The position numbers and the translations under genes are program-made. A DNA stretch of 35,609 bases from a virus. Below the pieces are notes generated by a model that saw nothing but the letters and a program-made list of their open reading frames with translations, was not told where the DNA came from and did no database searches. The first letter of the stretch is position 1. Each line of letters opens with the position of its first letter. Shown here piece by piece: positions 26,930 to 34,639 of the stretch. Location: the UHGV virus genome UHGV-0211441, one strand, 5' to 3'.

Positions 26930-27496
26930 TTAGCGTACCTGCAGTGAACGTTCGCCGATTTCAATATGGGCGCCCGGAACCGGGTTTAAGAGTTCTTCCG
27001 GGACTTCCCCACCATCTGCGGTAATCTGAGCTGCGGCCGCTTCTGCTGACTCGATAGCCTCTTTGATTGCCTTTTTGTCAGGCGCAACTACTGTCTGAAC
27101 GGTCACCAATTCATCCGGGAGTAAATCAACGTTATCGATCACCACGTTGATTGCACCTTTACGGGCGGTGAAGGTGTTTTTTGCCGTTTTTACGGTATCC
27201 TGTCCGGCGGCCAGAAGGCACTGGAGAACATATTTCTTCAGGTTGGTGATCTTACCTTCGAAAGACTTTTTACGGGCGGCCAGGCGTTTGGCTTCTTCGT
27301 CGCAGGTTTTCGCCAGGCCTTCAAGGTTGCGAACGTGGACGAATACCGCGTCCAGTTTGTCGCCGAGCTGCAGCTCGAGCCCCTCCATTGTATCGGCGAT
27401 CATTTCAGCTGACAGACCAGAACCGTCTTCGTTTTCCAGAAGCGCCTGGAGTTTAGACATATCAGCAGCGATAGCAATTGCAGTTGTGGAAGTCAT
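26930..27496 (-). CDS. Sipho_Gp157-like coiled-coil protein (recombination-module associated)
   Basis: 188 aa. SD GAGGAGAAAG. Coiled-coil composition and its position directly downstream of the annealing-protein gene. Confidence 0.45.
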   Translation of the reverse strand: MTSTTAIAIAADMSKLQALLENEDGSGLSAEMIADTMEGLELQLGDKLDAVFVHVRNLEGLAKTCDEEAKRLAARKKSFEGKITNLKKYVLQCLLAAGQDTVKTAKNTFTARKGAINVVIDNVDLLPDELVTVQTVVAPDKKAIKEAIESAEAAAAQITADGGEVPEELLNPVPGAHIEIGERSLQVR

Positions 27497-29640
27497 TATG
27501 CTTTCTCCTCGGCTTTATTCAGTTCTTTGATGCGTCCGTCTTTAATCGTTATGAGTCGGCGCAAGCGGCCAGACAGATAGCGTTCATGTTGTGCGTCACC
27601 GTTGGCCTGTGCGGCCTTAATGTGAACATCGATTTCACGTGCGATAGGGGAGAACACGCCGTTTATTTCGTTCACTGTCACGCCATGTGCCAGGGTGTTA
27701 GCAACACGGCTAAGTTTGTCGTCAAACTCCTGGCGAAGACGTGCAGCGTCCTCTGCGGTTTCGCTGGCATTCTTCAGATCAAACTCTGCCTTGTTTTTCT
27801 GGCGGTATTCCAGATTGTCGTAAAGGCCCATGAAGATATCGCCACTGAAGCCGAGGCCAGATAAAGCCTTTTTGGTTGCATCAGTCAGCGATTTTTTTGT
27901 TGCCTCACCATCGCAGGTAATACCGTACTTACTGCCGTAAATGTATGGCGTGCAACCGTAGGCCGTTTCCTCGCCGCGCACACCATTCAGGATGTACCAG
28001 AGTCGCACGGTAACGACGTGATGCTGCTCGTTGACGGTATTTCCATTCCCGTCGAGCACTAACTCCCATGACGCATTGTTATCTTTCCCTTTCACCTGGC
28101 GTGTAATGGGGGCGCCGATATCGAAACGTTCCTCGAGGATGTCCACACCCCAGCCGATTCCCTTTGGCCCAAACTCGCGAGTGGCAAGCATGGTTAAATA
28201 GGTACCGTTGATCGAGGTACCGCCGCCGTTCTGCGTAAAGGCTTTAGTAAACCGTTCATCAGTTTTGAATACACGTTTCCACAGTTCTAAATTATCCTGT
28301 CCGATACTCTGCGCGCCGGCAGACTTCATTACTTCTTCAGCGTCAGGCAGTCTTTCAGCATGAATAATTTGCTTTGCCAGCACCTCGGCGTTATCAGCTA
28401 TTGTTTCCGCTTTAGTGCTTAACTTCTCTACTGGCTGTTCTGCATCACCAGAGGCATATACGCCATAGCCCATATCGTTGAGCGTCTCACGCGCCTGTTT
28501 GGCCTGGGTATCGGTTACCACCGGCTGTGGTGCTTCCGCTTTTTCGACCACGTTTGACGCGGTATTTTGCGTTGCCTCTGGTTGTTTAACGGATCCTTTC
28601 TCGGTTTCGTCAAAGCGGCCGTTTGCTTCCAGCCATGAATCAATGTGGCGGCGTAGGCTGTCAGGGAAATGGTAGGTATCTTTTGCCGGTACGTTCTGCA
28701 CTACACCAAAAATACTGTCTCGGTCATATTTGAGAATGTGCTCCGTGGTGCGAAGCGCCATTGACCAACGTTTAAAATCTTCGCGCTCGTCTGCAATGAT
28801 TTTCTCAGCATCGCGAAGGTTGCCTGATAATACTGGCGCGTCGGGAGAAATAGGGAGTAGGGCGACAGCGATCTCCTGATCCAGTGTTGCATAGGTATGT
28901 TTATAACCACGTTTTGGCGCGATTTTTACGTTGGTATCAGTGCTGGCGGCGCCGAGTGAGGAATTTTGGCCTGGTACCATTTCTTCACGTTTACCGGGAT
29001 TCTCAAGCCAGCGTTTTACAAATTGAGAAATAGCCGCTTTGCCCGGAGTCTGGTTTTCAAAATGGGAGAAAATGCCCTGAATAAGATTATTCAGCCCTTC
29101 AACATGCATGTGCTTAACTGGTTCGTTATTGTGCAGAGCACACAGAACGTTAAGGTTAAAACGATCTTCTTCTTCCAGTTCGGTATCACGGTTATTCAGG
29201 TTATCCAGATAATCCACAACCTGAGAATAGATATGGCCGTCAATCTGAGCGGTGCTAAACAGCAGAACGGCTGCAAAGCGTTCACCTGGGGAAACGGTCA
29301 TTAAATCGATAACATCATCGTCAGCGGGTAAATTTGATTCCTCACCGGCGGTGCCGTTCGCGGCAATGGAAACCCATTTTTCACCGTCGAAAGTATGTTG
29401 CTGGGCGAATAGCTCGTCGAACTGGCCAACGGTCGGCAGCGGCTGGCCTTCTTCGTGTTCCCACAGCTTCGGTTTAAAATAGTTGTCACCGTTCGCCGGG
29501 TAAGATTCCCAGAGTTTGCCGGTGATAATGCTTTCGGCGATTTTCTTGTTTGGTGCTTCGACGGCGATCGCCAGCTGCACGGCGCCGCAGTCTTTGATAG
29601 CCGATTTTTTTGGTTCGAATAAGCCGTTGTAGATGGTCAT
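27496..29640 (-). CDS. Single-strand annealing protein with C-terminal Rad52/Sak-like domain and ~400-aa N-terminal extension of unknown function
   Basis: 714 aa. The C-terminal region ...GEATKKSLTDATKKALSGLGFSGDIFMG parallels the Rad52 motif ...VTDGLKRALRSFGNALGN. Starts with the CGAGGAAAGACCAATG cassette. Confidence 0.6.
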   Translation of the reverse strand: MTIYNGLFEPKKSAIKDCGAVQLAIAVEAPNKKIAESIITGKLWESYPANGDNYFKPKLWEHEEGQPLPTVGQFDELFAQQHTFDGEKWVSIAANGTAGEESNLPADDDVIDLMTVSPGERFAAVLLFSTAQIDGHIYSQVVDYLDNLNNRDTELEEEDRFNLNVLCALHNNEPVKHMHVEGLNNLIQGIFSHFENQTPGKAAISQFVKRWLENPGKREEMVPGQNSSLGAASTDTNVKIAPKRGYKHTYATLDQEIAVALLPISPDAPVLSGNLRDAEKIIADEREDFKRWSMALRTTEHILKYDRDSIFGVVQNVPAKDTYHFPDSLRRHIDSWLEANGRFDETEKGSVKQPEATQNTASNVVEKAEAPQPVVTDTQAKQARETLNDMGYGVYASGDAEQPVEKLSTKAETIADNAEVLAKQIIHAERLPDAEEVMKSAGAQSIGQDNLELWKRVFKTDERFTKAFTQNGGGTSINGTYLTMLATREFGPKGIGWGVDILEERFDIGAPITRQVKGKDNNASWELVLDGNGNTVNEQHHVVTVRLWYILNGVRGEETAYGCTPYIYGSKYGITCDGEATKKSLTDATKKALSGLGFSGDIFMGLYDNLEYRQKNKAEFDLKNASETAEDAARLRQEFDDKLSRVANTLAHGVTVNEINGVFSPIAREIDVHIKAAQANGDAQHERYLSGRLRRLITIKDGRIKELNKAEEKA

Positions 29641-29672
29641 TGGTCTTTCCTCGTTTGTAACTAATTCGCTGG

Positions 29673-29957
29673 TTAGGCATCTTGTTTAATTTCAGGGAGC
29701 AGTCCAGCGATCACGCGTTCTGCCGTTTTTTTTGCTTCTTCCAACTGTTCTAGTTCGCGTTCGAGATGAACCTTTTGGCTTTCTGCCAGTTCTTTAATTT
29801 CTGATGAATCGACTTTGAGATAGCTCTCGCCGTTTCTACCTTCCGCTAAAATCCCGGAGGAGCGGCATTCGTTACTGCAAATATTGATAATTCTGTTTGC
29901 GCGATCTAAGCGGTCTTTAATTTCGCGAATTCTTTCAAGCAATTTTCTAATATCCAT
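29673..29957 (-). CDS. Hypothetical coiled-coil protein (94 aa), early-left operon
   Basis: Start at MDIRKLL with the GAGGAAAGACCATG cassette. The tool ORF is extended 13 codons upstream. Confidence 0.5.
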   Translation of the reverse strand: MDIRKLLERIREIKDRLDRANRIINICSNECRSSGILAEGRNGESYLKVDSSEIKELAESQKVHLERELEQLEEAKKTAERVIAGLLPEIKQDA

Positions 29958-30000
29958 GGTCTTTCCTCTTGGTTGCAGGCGCAGGTCACGCGCCACTTAA

Positions 30001-30324
30001 TTAAAACGGTACGTCGTTTTCTTCAATCGGAGAGTGGTCGATGCACAGCAGCTGCTGGATCTTGTCATCGACCGCGGCGATTTGTCTTTTCGCATCGGCT
30101 GCAATGATTTCTTTCTGGGCGCGCAGTTGGTCAACCTGCAATGCGATAATGTCGAAAGGCTCTGGTTGATTTACTTCGATATTTATTTCGCGTGTTTCCA
30201 GCAATACGTAAGCATCAGGATAGTTTTGTGACATGTCACAAGTAAAAATCATGAACTTTTCAGATGAAAACGTGTTGGTTGTGTAGTGGATGTATAGCTT
30301 TACGGGGATGGTAAGCGCTTCCAT
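30001..30324 (-). CDS. Hypothetical protein (107 aa), first substantial gene of the leftward operon
   Basis: Start at MEALTIPVKL with an AAGGAG SD sequence. The tool ORF is extended upstream. Confidence 0.5.
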   Translation of the reverse strand: MEALTIPVKLYIHYTTNTFSSEKFMIFTCDMSQNYPDAYVLLETREINIEVNQPEPFDIIALQVDQLRAQKEIIAADAKRQIAAVDDKIQQLLCIDHSPIEENDVPF

Positions 30325-30540
30325 AGCGACTCCTTGGTGATGTATACTCAGAGCCGATCGGCGACTCTGTCGTTGGTCTTTCCTCGCTACAGGGTTGGTC
30401 CCCTGTAGCACTCCTGGCGGATTGGTCTCCGCTGGGGTAAATCAGCCCACTCCGGTGGGCTTTTTTACGCCTGAAGGTTGCCGGTCTTTCCCGGCTGTCA
30501 GGATGGTCAGTCCCATTGGTCTTTCCTCGTTACCGTGTGA

Positions 30541-30566
30541 AAAAAATGCCCCGGGCGCCGGGGCCA
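30541..30566 (-). terminator. Rho-independent terminator in the pL leader (GCCCCGG-CGC-CCGGGGC + UUUUUUU on the leftward transcript)
   Basis: Seen directly on the minus strand. Confidence 0.7.
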
Positions 30567-30744
30567 AGACTACACACAGCAATTCACATTCGTTGCGGTC
30601 TTTCCCGCATGTCATCGTACTGTCGGCGACCCGAAGAATTCTTGCCCGTCTTTCCGGACTGTCAGAACTGTTTCTGAACAACTGCCGCGTGGTTAGTGCG
30701 TCGTTGATGTGATGGAGCTTAACCAAAGGTAAGTTGCTGGTCAA

Positions 30745-30812
30745 CGCAATTTACTTAAAAAATGTTAAGCTTGAAAGGGTGCGATTATAACTAAATGAAT
30801 TGTATGGTTATT
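30745..30812 (-). promoter_or_regulatory. pL-like leftward early promoter region with operator CTTA-N8-TAAG (30754..30769)
   Basis: Minus-strand candidates: TTCAAG-N16-TAAATT with the operator in the spacer, or TATAAT at 30784..30789. The 16-bp dyad CTTAAAAAATGTTAAG has the same half-sites as the pR operator. Confidence 0.4.
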
Positions 30813-31209
30813 TTTTTTGTGATTTTTTTCTTGTTGCTAAGAGCTCTTCAAATAGCTTGTTAAAGCCTTCAACGCGAGACTCCAATTCAGTCAAATGTCT
30901 ATCTTTTTCAGATTCGGGAAGTGAATCAAATAGATCCAGAAGTTTTAACTGGCGAGCATCTAATTCTTTTGGCAATTCTTCAACGGGGAGGGGGGATTGA
31001 TCTTCGTCGCCGTATAAGAGCCAGGTAGGGGAACACTTGAGAGCTTTACTCAATTTGAACAGGTTTTGCCCTCTAGGTTCTGTCTCACCGTTTTCCCATT
31101 TGAAAATTGTGACGTGCGAAACCTTCACAGCATCGGCCAGCTTTTGCTGTGACATATCGAGTTCTGTTCTTCTGCGACGAATACGGTCGTTTAGCTCTGC
31201 GTTTTTCAT
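30808..31209 (-). CDS. cI-like repressor, XRE-family HTH, no S24 peptidase domain
   Basis: 133 aa. HTH QQKLADAVKVSHVTIFKWENGE. C-terminal coiled coil. Essentially leaderless start, like lambda cI from pRM. Confidence 0.8.
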   Translation of the reverse strand: MKNAELNDRIRRRRTELDMSQQKLADAVKVSHVTIFKWENGETEPRGQNLFKLSKALKCSPTWLLYGDEDQSPLPVEELPKELDARQLKLLDLFDSLPESEKDRHLTELESRVEGFNKLFEELLATRKKSQKK

Positions 31210-31228
31210 GGGGTTAATGTAAATTAAT

Positions 31229-31255
31229 TTGACTTAGCTTTTGTTAAGTTATAAT
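31229..31255 (+). promoter_or_regulatory. pR-like promoter TTGACT-N15-TATAAT with dyad operator ACTTAGCTTTTGTTAAGT (31232..31249) in the spacer
   Basis: Near-consensus hexamers seen directly, but the 15-bp spacer is short. Drives cro, whose GTG start has an AAGGAGG SD sequence. Confidence 0.55.
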
Positions 31256-31287
31256 TTCCAAACAAACGTTAACGAAGGAGGTACCCA

Positions 31288-31482
31288 GTGCTAACCGAAG
31301 ATGCAGTTAAGTATTTTGGCAGTAAGGCCAAATTGGCGAAGGCACTCGATGTCTCGCAACCAGCTGTTTCACGTTGGGGAACGATGATCCCTGAAAAGAG
31401 GGCTGCTCGTTTGTCACTGATGACTGATGGTGTTCTGGTCTATGACCCGAAGGCTTACCAACTGCCAGCTAAATCAGCTTAA
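31288..31482 (+). CDS. Cro-like repressor (YdaS/Cro HTH family)
   Basis: 64 aa. KLAKALDVSQPAVSRWG HTH. Divergent from cI. Confidence 0.75.
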   Translation: MLTEDAVKYFGSKAKLAKALDVSQPAVSRWGTMIPEKRAARLSLMTDGVLVYDPKAYQLPAKSA

Positions 31483-31500
31483 CAATCCGCGTGATCTAAA

Positions 31501-31518
31501 TCTGATTACGCTTAATCA
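31501..31518. repeat. 18-bp dyad element TCTGATTACGCTTAATCA, copy B (between cro and the CII-like gene, the nutR/tR1-equivalent position)
   Basis: Identical to copy A at 26748. Confidence 0.8.
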
Positions 31519-31542
31519 ATTTTCAGCGACAGGAGACGCGAA

Positions 31543-31989
31543 GTGGAGAACCTCGAGGAACTGAAACGAGAGATATTCAGCTGGGCAGCTGAAAGCGGGC
31601 AGGAGCTGGTTGCTATCGAGATAAGCCGTATGTGGTTTCGTCTCGGTGGTAACACCGGTGTGCTGAAGCTGCACCAGATTGAAGATGCAGATGGAAATGC
31701 AGACTGGCGGGCCATCAACAATAACCGCCAACAGATTTTTCGCTGGCTGCGTGGTGAGACGAAAGCGGCCAGAACTAAAACCCAGACGCTGGCTAAAGCG
31801 ATGGAAGCGGCATTGCCGGCAGAACGCTACGCGCGCCTGGACATGTCCACCCAGTATTTGATCTGCGTCGCCATACGCGAGTTTGCGGCGGCCATTATCG
31901 CGTTATTGCTCGAGGCCAGAGACGGCCCGCAGCAAGTCGCGAAGGCATTGCAAGCGATGCGAGAAACACAGCGCCTGACCAGCGTTTAA
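31543..31989 (+). CDS. CII/YdaT-like regulator candidate
   Basis: 148 aa, GTG start with AGGAG. Its position after cro mirrors ydaS-ydaT/cro-cII pairs. Similarity is judged from memory only. Confidence 0.4.
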   Translation: MENLEELKREIFSWAAESGQELVAIEISRMWFRLGGNTGVLKLHQIEDADGNADWRAINNNRQQIFRWLRGETKAARTKTQTLAKAMEAALPAERYARLDMSTQYLICVAIREFAAAIIALLLEARDGPQQVAKALQAMRETQRLTSV

Positions 31990-32011
31990 CCTGTACCGAG
32001 GAAAGACCAAC

Positions 32012-32230
32012 ATGCAGACAACTACAGACCGTATCACCTGGCGGAACGGCTTCCGCCTGAATGGTGAGCCTGCCTTCATGTGTGACGTGCAGGAGATTTT
32101 CGAAGAACGTCTCACTGCCAAAAAATGGGAACTCTACGAACTGCGCAAAGCCGAGCTGCGGGAAGAGAACCTCACGCCTAAAGAATACGAAAACGCCTGC
32201 CGCCAGCTGGCCGATATGCTGGGGATCTGA
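32012..32230 (+). CDS. Hypothetical small protein (72 aa)
   Basis: CGAGGAAAGACCAACATG cassette. Confidence 0.5.
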   Translation: MQTTTDRITWRNGFRLNGEPAFMCDVQEIFEERLTAKKWELYELRKAELREENLTPKEYENACRQLADMLGI

Positions 32231-32232
32231 TT

Positions 32233-33216
32233 ATGAGTATGACGCTTATGGCCAAAGCTATGGCTATCAAGACCGGTAATCCGATTAGAAAACTGGTGCT
32301 GATCAAACTGGCCGATAATGCCAATGATTACGGCGAATGCTGGCCGTCTTACAAACATATTGCGGATCACTGCGAGTGCAGCAAAAGCGCAGTACGCGAT
32401 CACATCGATGCGTTGATTTCTATGGGCCTACTGGTGAAAGAAAACCGCCCGGGTGTAAAAAACGGGAAGGGTAACGCGTCGAATCTGTACTGTATGAAAC
32501 TTGATAACCCTATGCCGCCAAAAAGCATAGCCCCTATGCCGTCAGAAAGCACAGGTATGCCGCCAAAAAGCATAGCCCCTATGCCGTGTGGCGGCACCAG
32601 AACCAGTCACTCTTTTGAACCAGTCATAGAACCTAAAGATCCCCCTACCCCCCAAACGGGGGAAAACGGCGAGCGTATTTTTTCTGATGCTCAAAAAGCG
32701 CTTGAGTTTTACAACGAAAAAACCGGTACCCGCTGCCGTGACCTTAAACCGTTTGTGATGATGCTGACGCCGACCACTACCCGGGACGGGTATACCCTGG
32801 CAGAAATCCAACTGGTGATCCGCTGGGTGCTCGCTACATGGCGCCGCCGCGGAGAAAGCCTGCCGAAGCCAGCGAACATCTGCCGGGTAAATCGCTTTGA
32901 TGGTTATCTCGCTGACGCTGAAGCATGGGCAGTGACCGAAACCGATATTGACCCGGAAGCCGTCATGAGCGGCTACAACGAAATTTTTGCTGATACGTTG
33001 CCAGCGGCAGAACTGGACGACGATCGCCGCCGGATGATTACCAGACTGGCCGCCCACATGAAAAACAAAACTACAGGCGCATTCCTGGGCTACTTCGAAA
33101 AATTCCGTGCTGATGCGTCAGATTTTTATTTCGGCCTCAGCGGAGGATGGCGCGCTAGCTTTGACTACCTGATGAAACCTGAAACGTTACGTAAAACCCG
33201 GGAAGGTTCGCTATGA
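32233..33216 (+). CDS. Replication initiator (lambda O-like; N-terminal HTH_36-type DNA-binding domain) with internal iterons
   Basis: 327 aa. N-terminus IRKLVLIKLADNANDYGECWPSYKHIADHCECSKSAVRDHIDALISMGLL is typical of phage replication initiators. Internal repeats PMPPKSIAPMP x2 correspond to DNA iterons. Confidence 0.75.
   Translation: MSMTLMAKAMAIKTGNPIRKLVLIKLADNANDYGECWPSYKHIADHCECSKSAVRDHIDALISMGLLVKENRPGVKNGKGNASNLYCMKLDNPMPPKSIAPMPSESTGMPPKSIAPMPCGGTRTSHSFEPVIEPKDPPTPQTGENGERIFSDAQKALEFYNEKTGTRCRDLKPFVMMLTPTTTRDGYTLAEIQLVIRWVLATWRRRGESLPKPANICRVNRFDGYLADAEAWAVTETDIDPEAVMSGYNEIFADTLPAAELDDDRRRMITRLAAHMKNKTTGAFLGYFEKFRADASDFYFGLSGGWRASFDYLMKPETLRKTREGSL
32508..32590 (+). repeat. Candidate replication origin: four TATGCCG-containing iterons (two 32-bp direct repeats TATGCCGCCAAAAAGCATAGCCCCTATGCCGT) inside the initiator gene, followed by an A/T-rich stretch (~32675..32725)
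   Basis: Direct repeats at 32511..32542 and 32556..32587 seen directly. Analogous to lambda ori inside gene O. Confidence 0.5.
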
Positions 33217-34601
33217 CTCCGCAGGAACTGGAAGCTTGTGTGCTGGCCGGACTGCTGAACGGCGGCGCAAGCCCGGACGCGTTCGACGTGATCGCCTCTA
33301 CTCCTGAAGAATCTTTCAGCATCGGTTTTCACCGTCGCGCGTTCTCCGAAATTAAAAAACAGGCGCTGGCGAACGGTCTGATCGACATGTTGTTTGTCAG
33401 TGAAGCGCTGGGCGGTAGCAGCCTGGCTGATTTATCAGAGATTACGCGCATGCCTGCCACTGTACCGAACCTGAAGGGTTACGCCGGGAAAATGGTTAAG
33501 GCGTGGCGCAGTCGCCGTATGGCTGAATTACTGCAGCAGGGTGCTGACGGTATCCGCCAGGCCAATAATCAGGAGCAGCGCGATCAGGTTGTCGAAAGTG
33601 CGGTGGCGCAGCTGCTGGACATGACCGGCGATACTGGCGACGTGCAGCCGGTTCACATCAGCGATTTGCTGCCAACCTACATGGAGACGGTACAGAAACG
33701 CATGGACGGCGAAGCCGGTACCCGAAACCTGAAGACTGGTATCGACGAACTGGATGATGCCACCGGCGGAATTAACCTGCAGGATTTGATTGTTGTCGCT
33801 GGCCGCCCGGGCATGGGTAAAACAGAGTTTGCGCTGAAGATTGTCGATGGTGTTACCGCTGCCGGCGGCGGGGCGCTGATATTCAGTATGGAAATGGCCG
33901 CAGCGCAAATCGTAGAACGCTCTCTGGCGGGCTCTGGCAACATGTCGGTGTCACGCCTGCGTAATCCCCTCGATATGCAGGACGAGGACTGGGCGCGCTT
34001 TACAGCGGCCATGGAGACCATGAACGGGCGTGATATCTGGATCGTTGACGCTACCGATCTCACGATTGAGCAAATCCGCGCCGTTGCCGAGACACATAAG
34101 CGCCGTTATCCGCATCTGGCGATGATTGTTGTTGATTACCTCGGCCTGATTAAAAAGCCGAAGGCAGAGCGTAACGATCTGGCGATCGCCCATATTTCCC
34201 GAAACCTTAAAACTATGGCTATGCGCCTGCATACGCCGACGTTTGCACTCAGCCAGCTTTCGCGCGCGGTGGATTCCCGCCCGGCAGGCCAGCGCCGCCC
34301 GGTTATGTCAGACCTCCGCGACTCCGGTTCTATTGAGCAGGATGCCGACAGCATCATGTTTCTGTACCGCGATGAAGTCTACAACCCGGAAAGCCCGGCA
34401 GCGGGCATCGCCGAAATCATCCTGGGGAAAAGCCGATTCAGTGCCGCCGGCGCGGTTATCTACCAGGAGTTTAAAAACGGCCATTTCCTTCACGTCGATC
34501 AGCATGTCGGCAAAGAGAAAACACGTATTCAACTGGAGGCAGCAAAACCACGAAAACAACCGCGTAAATACTCAGAGAAATATAACACTGATGCATTTTA
34601 A
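33213..34601 (+). CDS. Replicative DNA helicase, DnaB family
   Basis: 462 aa. Walker A GRPGMGKTEFAL; Walker B MIVVDYLGLI. Overlaps the initiator stop (ATGA). Confidence 0.9.
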   Translation: MTPQELEACVLAGLLNGGASPDAFDVIASTPEESFSIGFHRRAFSEIKKQALANGLIDMLFVSEALGGSSLADLSEITRMPATVPNLKGYAGKMVKAWRSRRMAELLQQGADGIRQANNQEQRDQVVESAVAQLLDMTGDTGDVQPVHISDLLPTYMETVQKRMDGEAGTRNLKTGIDELDDATGGINLQDLIVVAGRPGMGKTEFALKIVDGVTAAGGGALIFSMEMAAAQIVERSLAGSGNMSVSRLRNPLDMQDEDWARFTAAMETMNGRDIWIVDATDLTIEQIRAVAETHKRRYPHLAMIVVDYLGLIKKPKAERNDLAIAHISRNLKTMAMRLHTPTFALSQLSRAVDSRPAGQRRPVMSDLRDSGSIEQDADSIMFLYRDEVYNPESPAAGIAEIILGKSRFSAAGAVIYQEFKNGHFLHVDQHVGKEKTRIQLEAAKPRKQPRKYSEKYNTDAF

Positions 34602-34639
34602 CCGCGCCTGACCAGCGCGATATAACCGAGGAAAGACCA

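Noticed and set aside
29996-30412. N-terminally extended versions of the 29673..29996 and 30001..30411 ORFs from the track
   Set aside because: Internal Met codons with strong RBS (the GAGGAAAGACCATG cassette; AAGGAG) mark the real starts. The extensions are Arg/Gln-rich read-through of leader sequence.
30360-30700. CRISPR-like or tandem-repeat array interpretation of the GGTCTTTCC repeats
   Set aside because: The repeats are short (9-11 bp), irregularly spaced and lie in an mRNA leader. There are no spacer-repeat regularity, no cas genes and no leader features.
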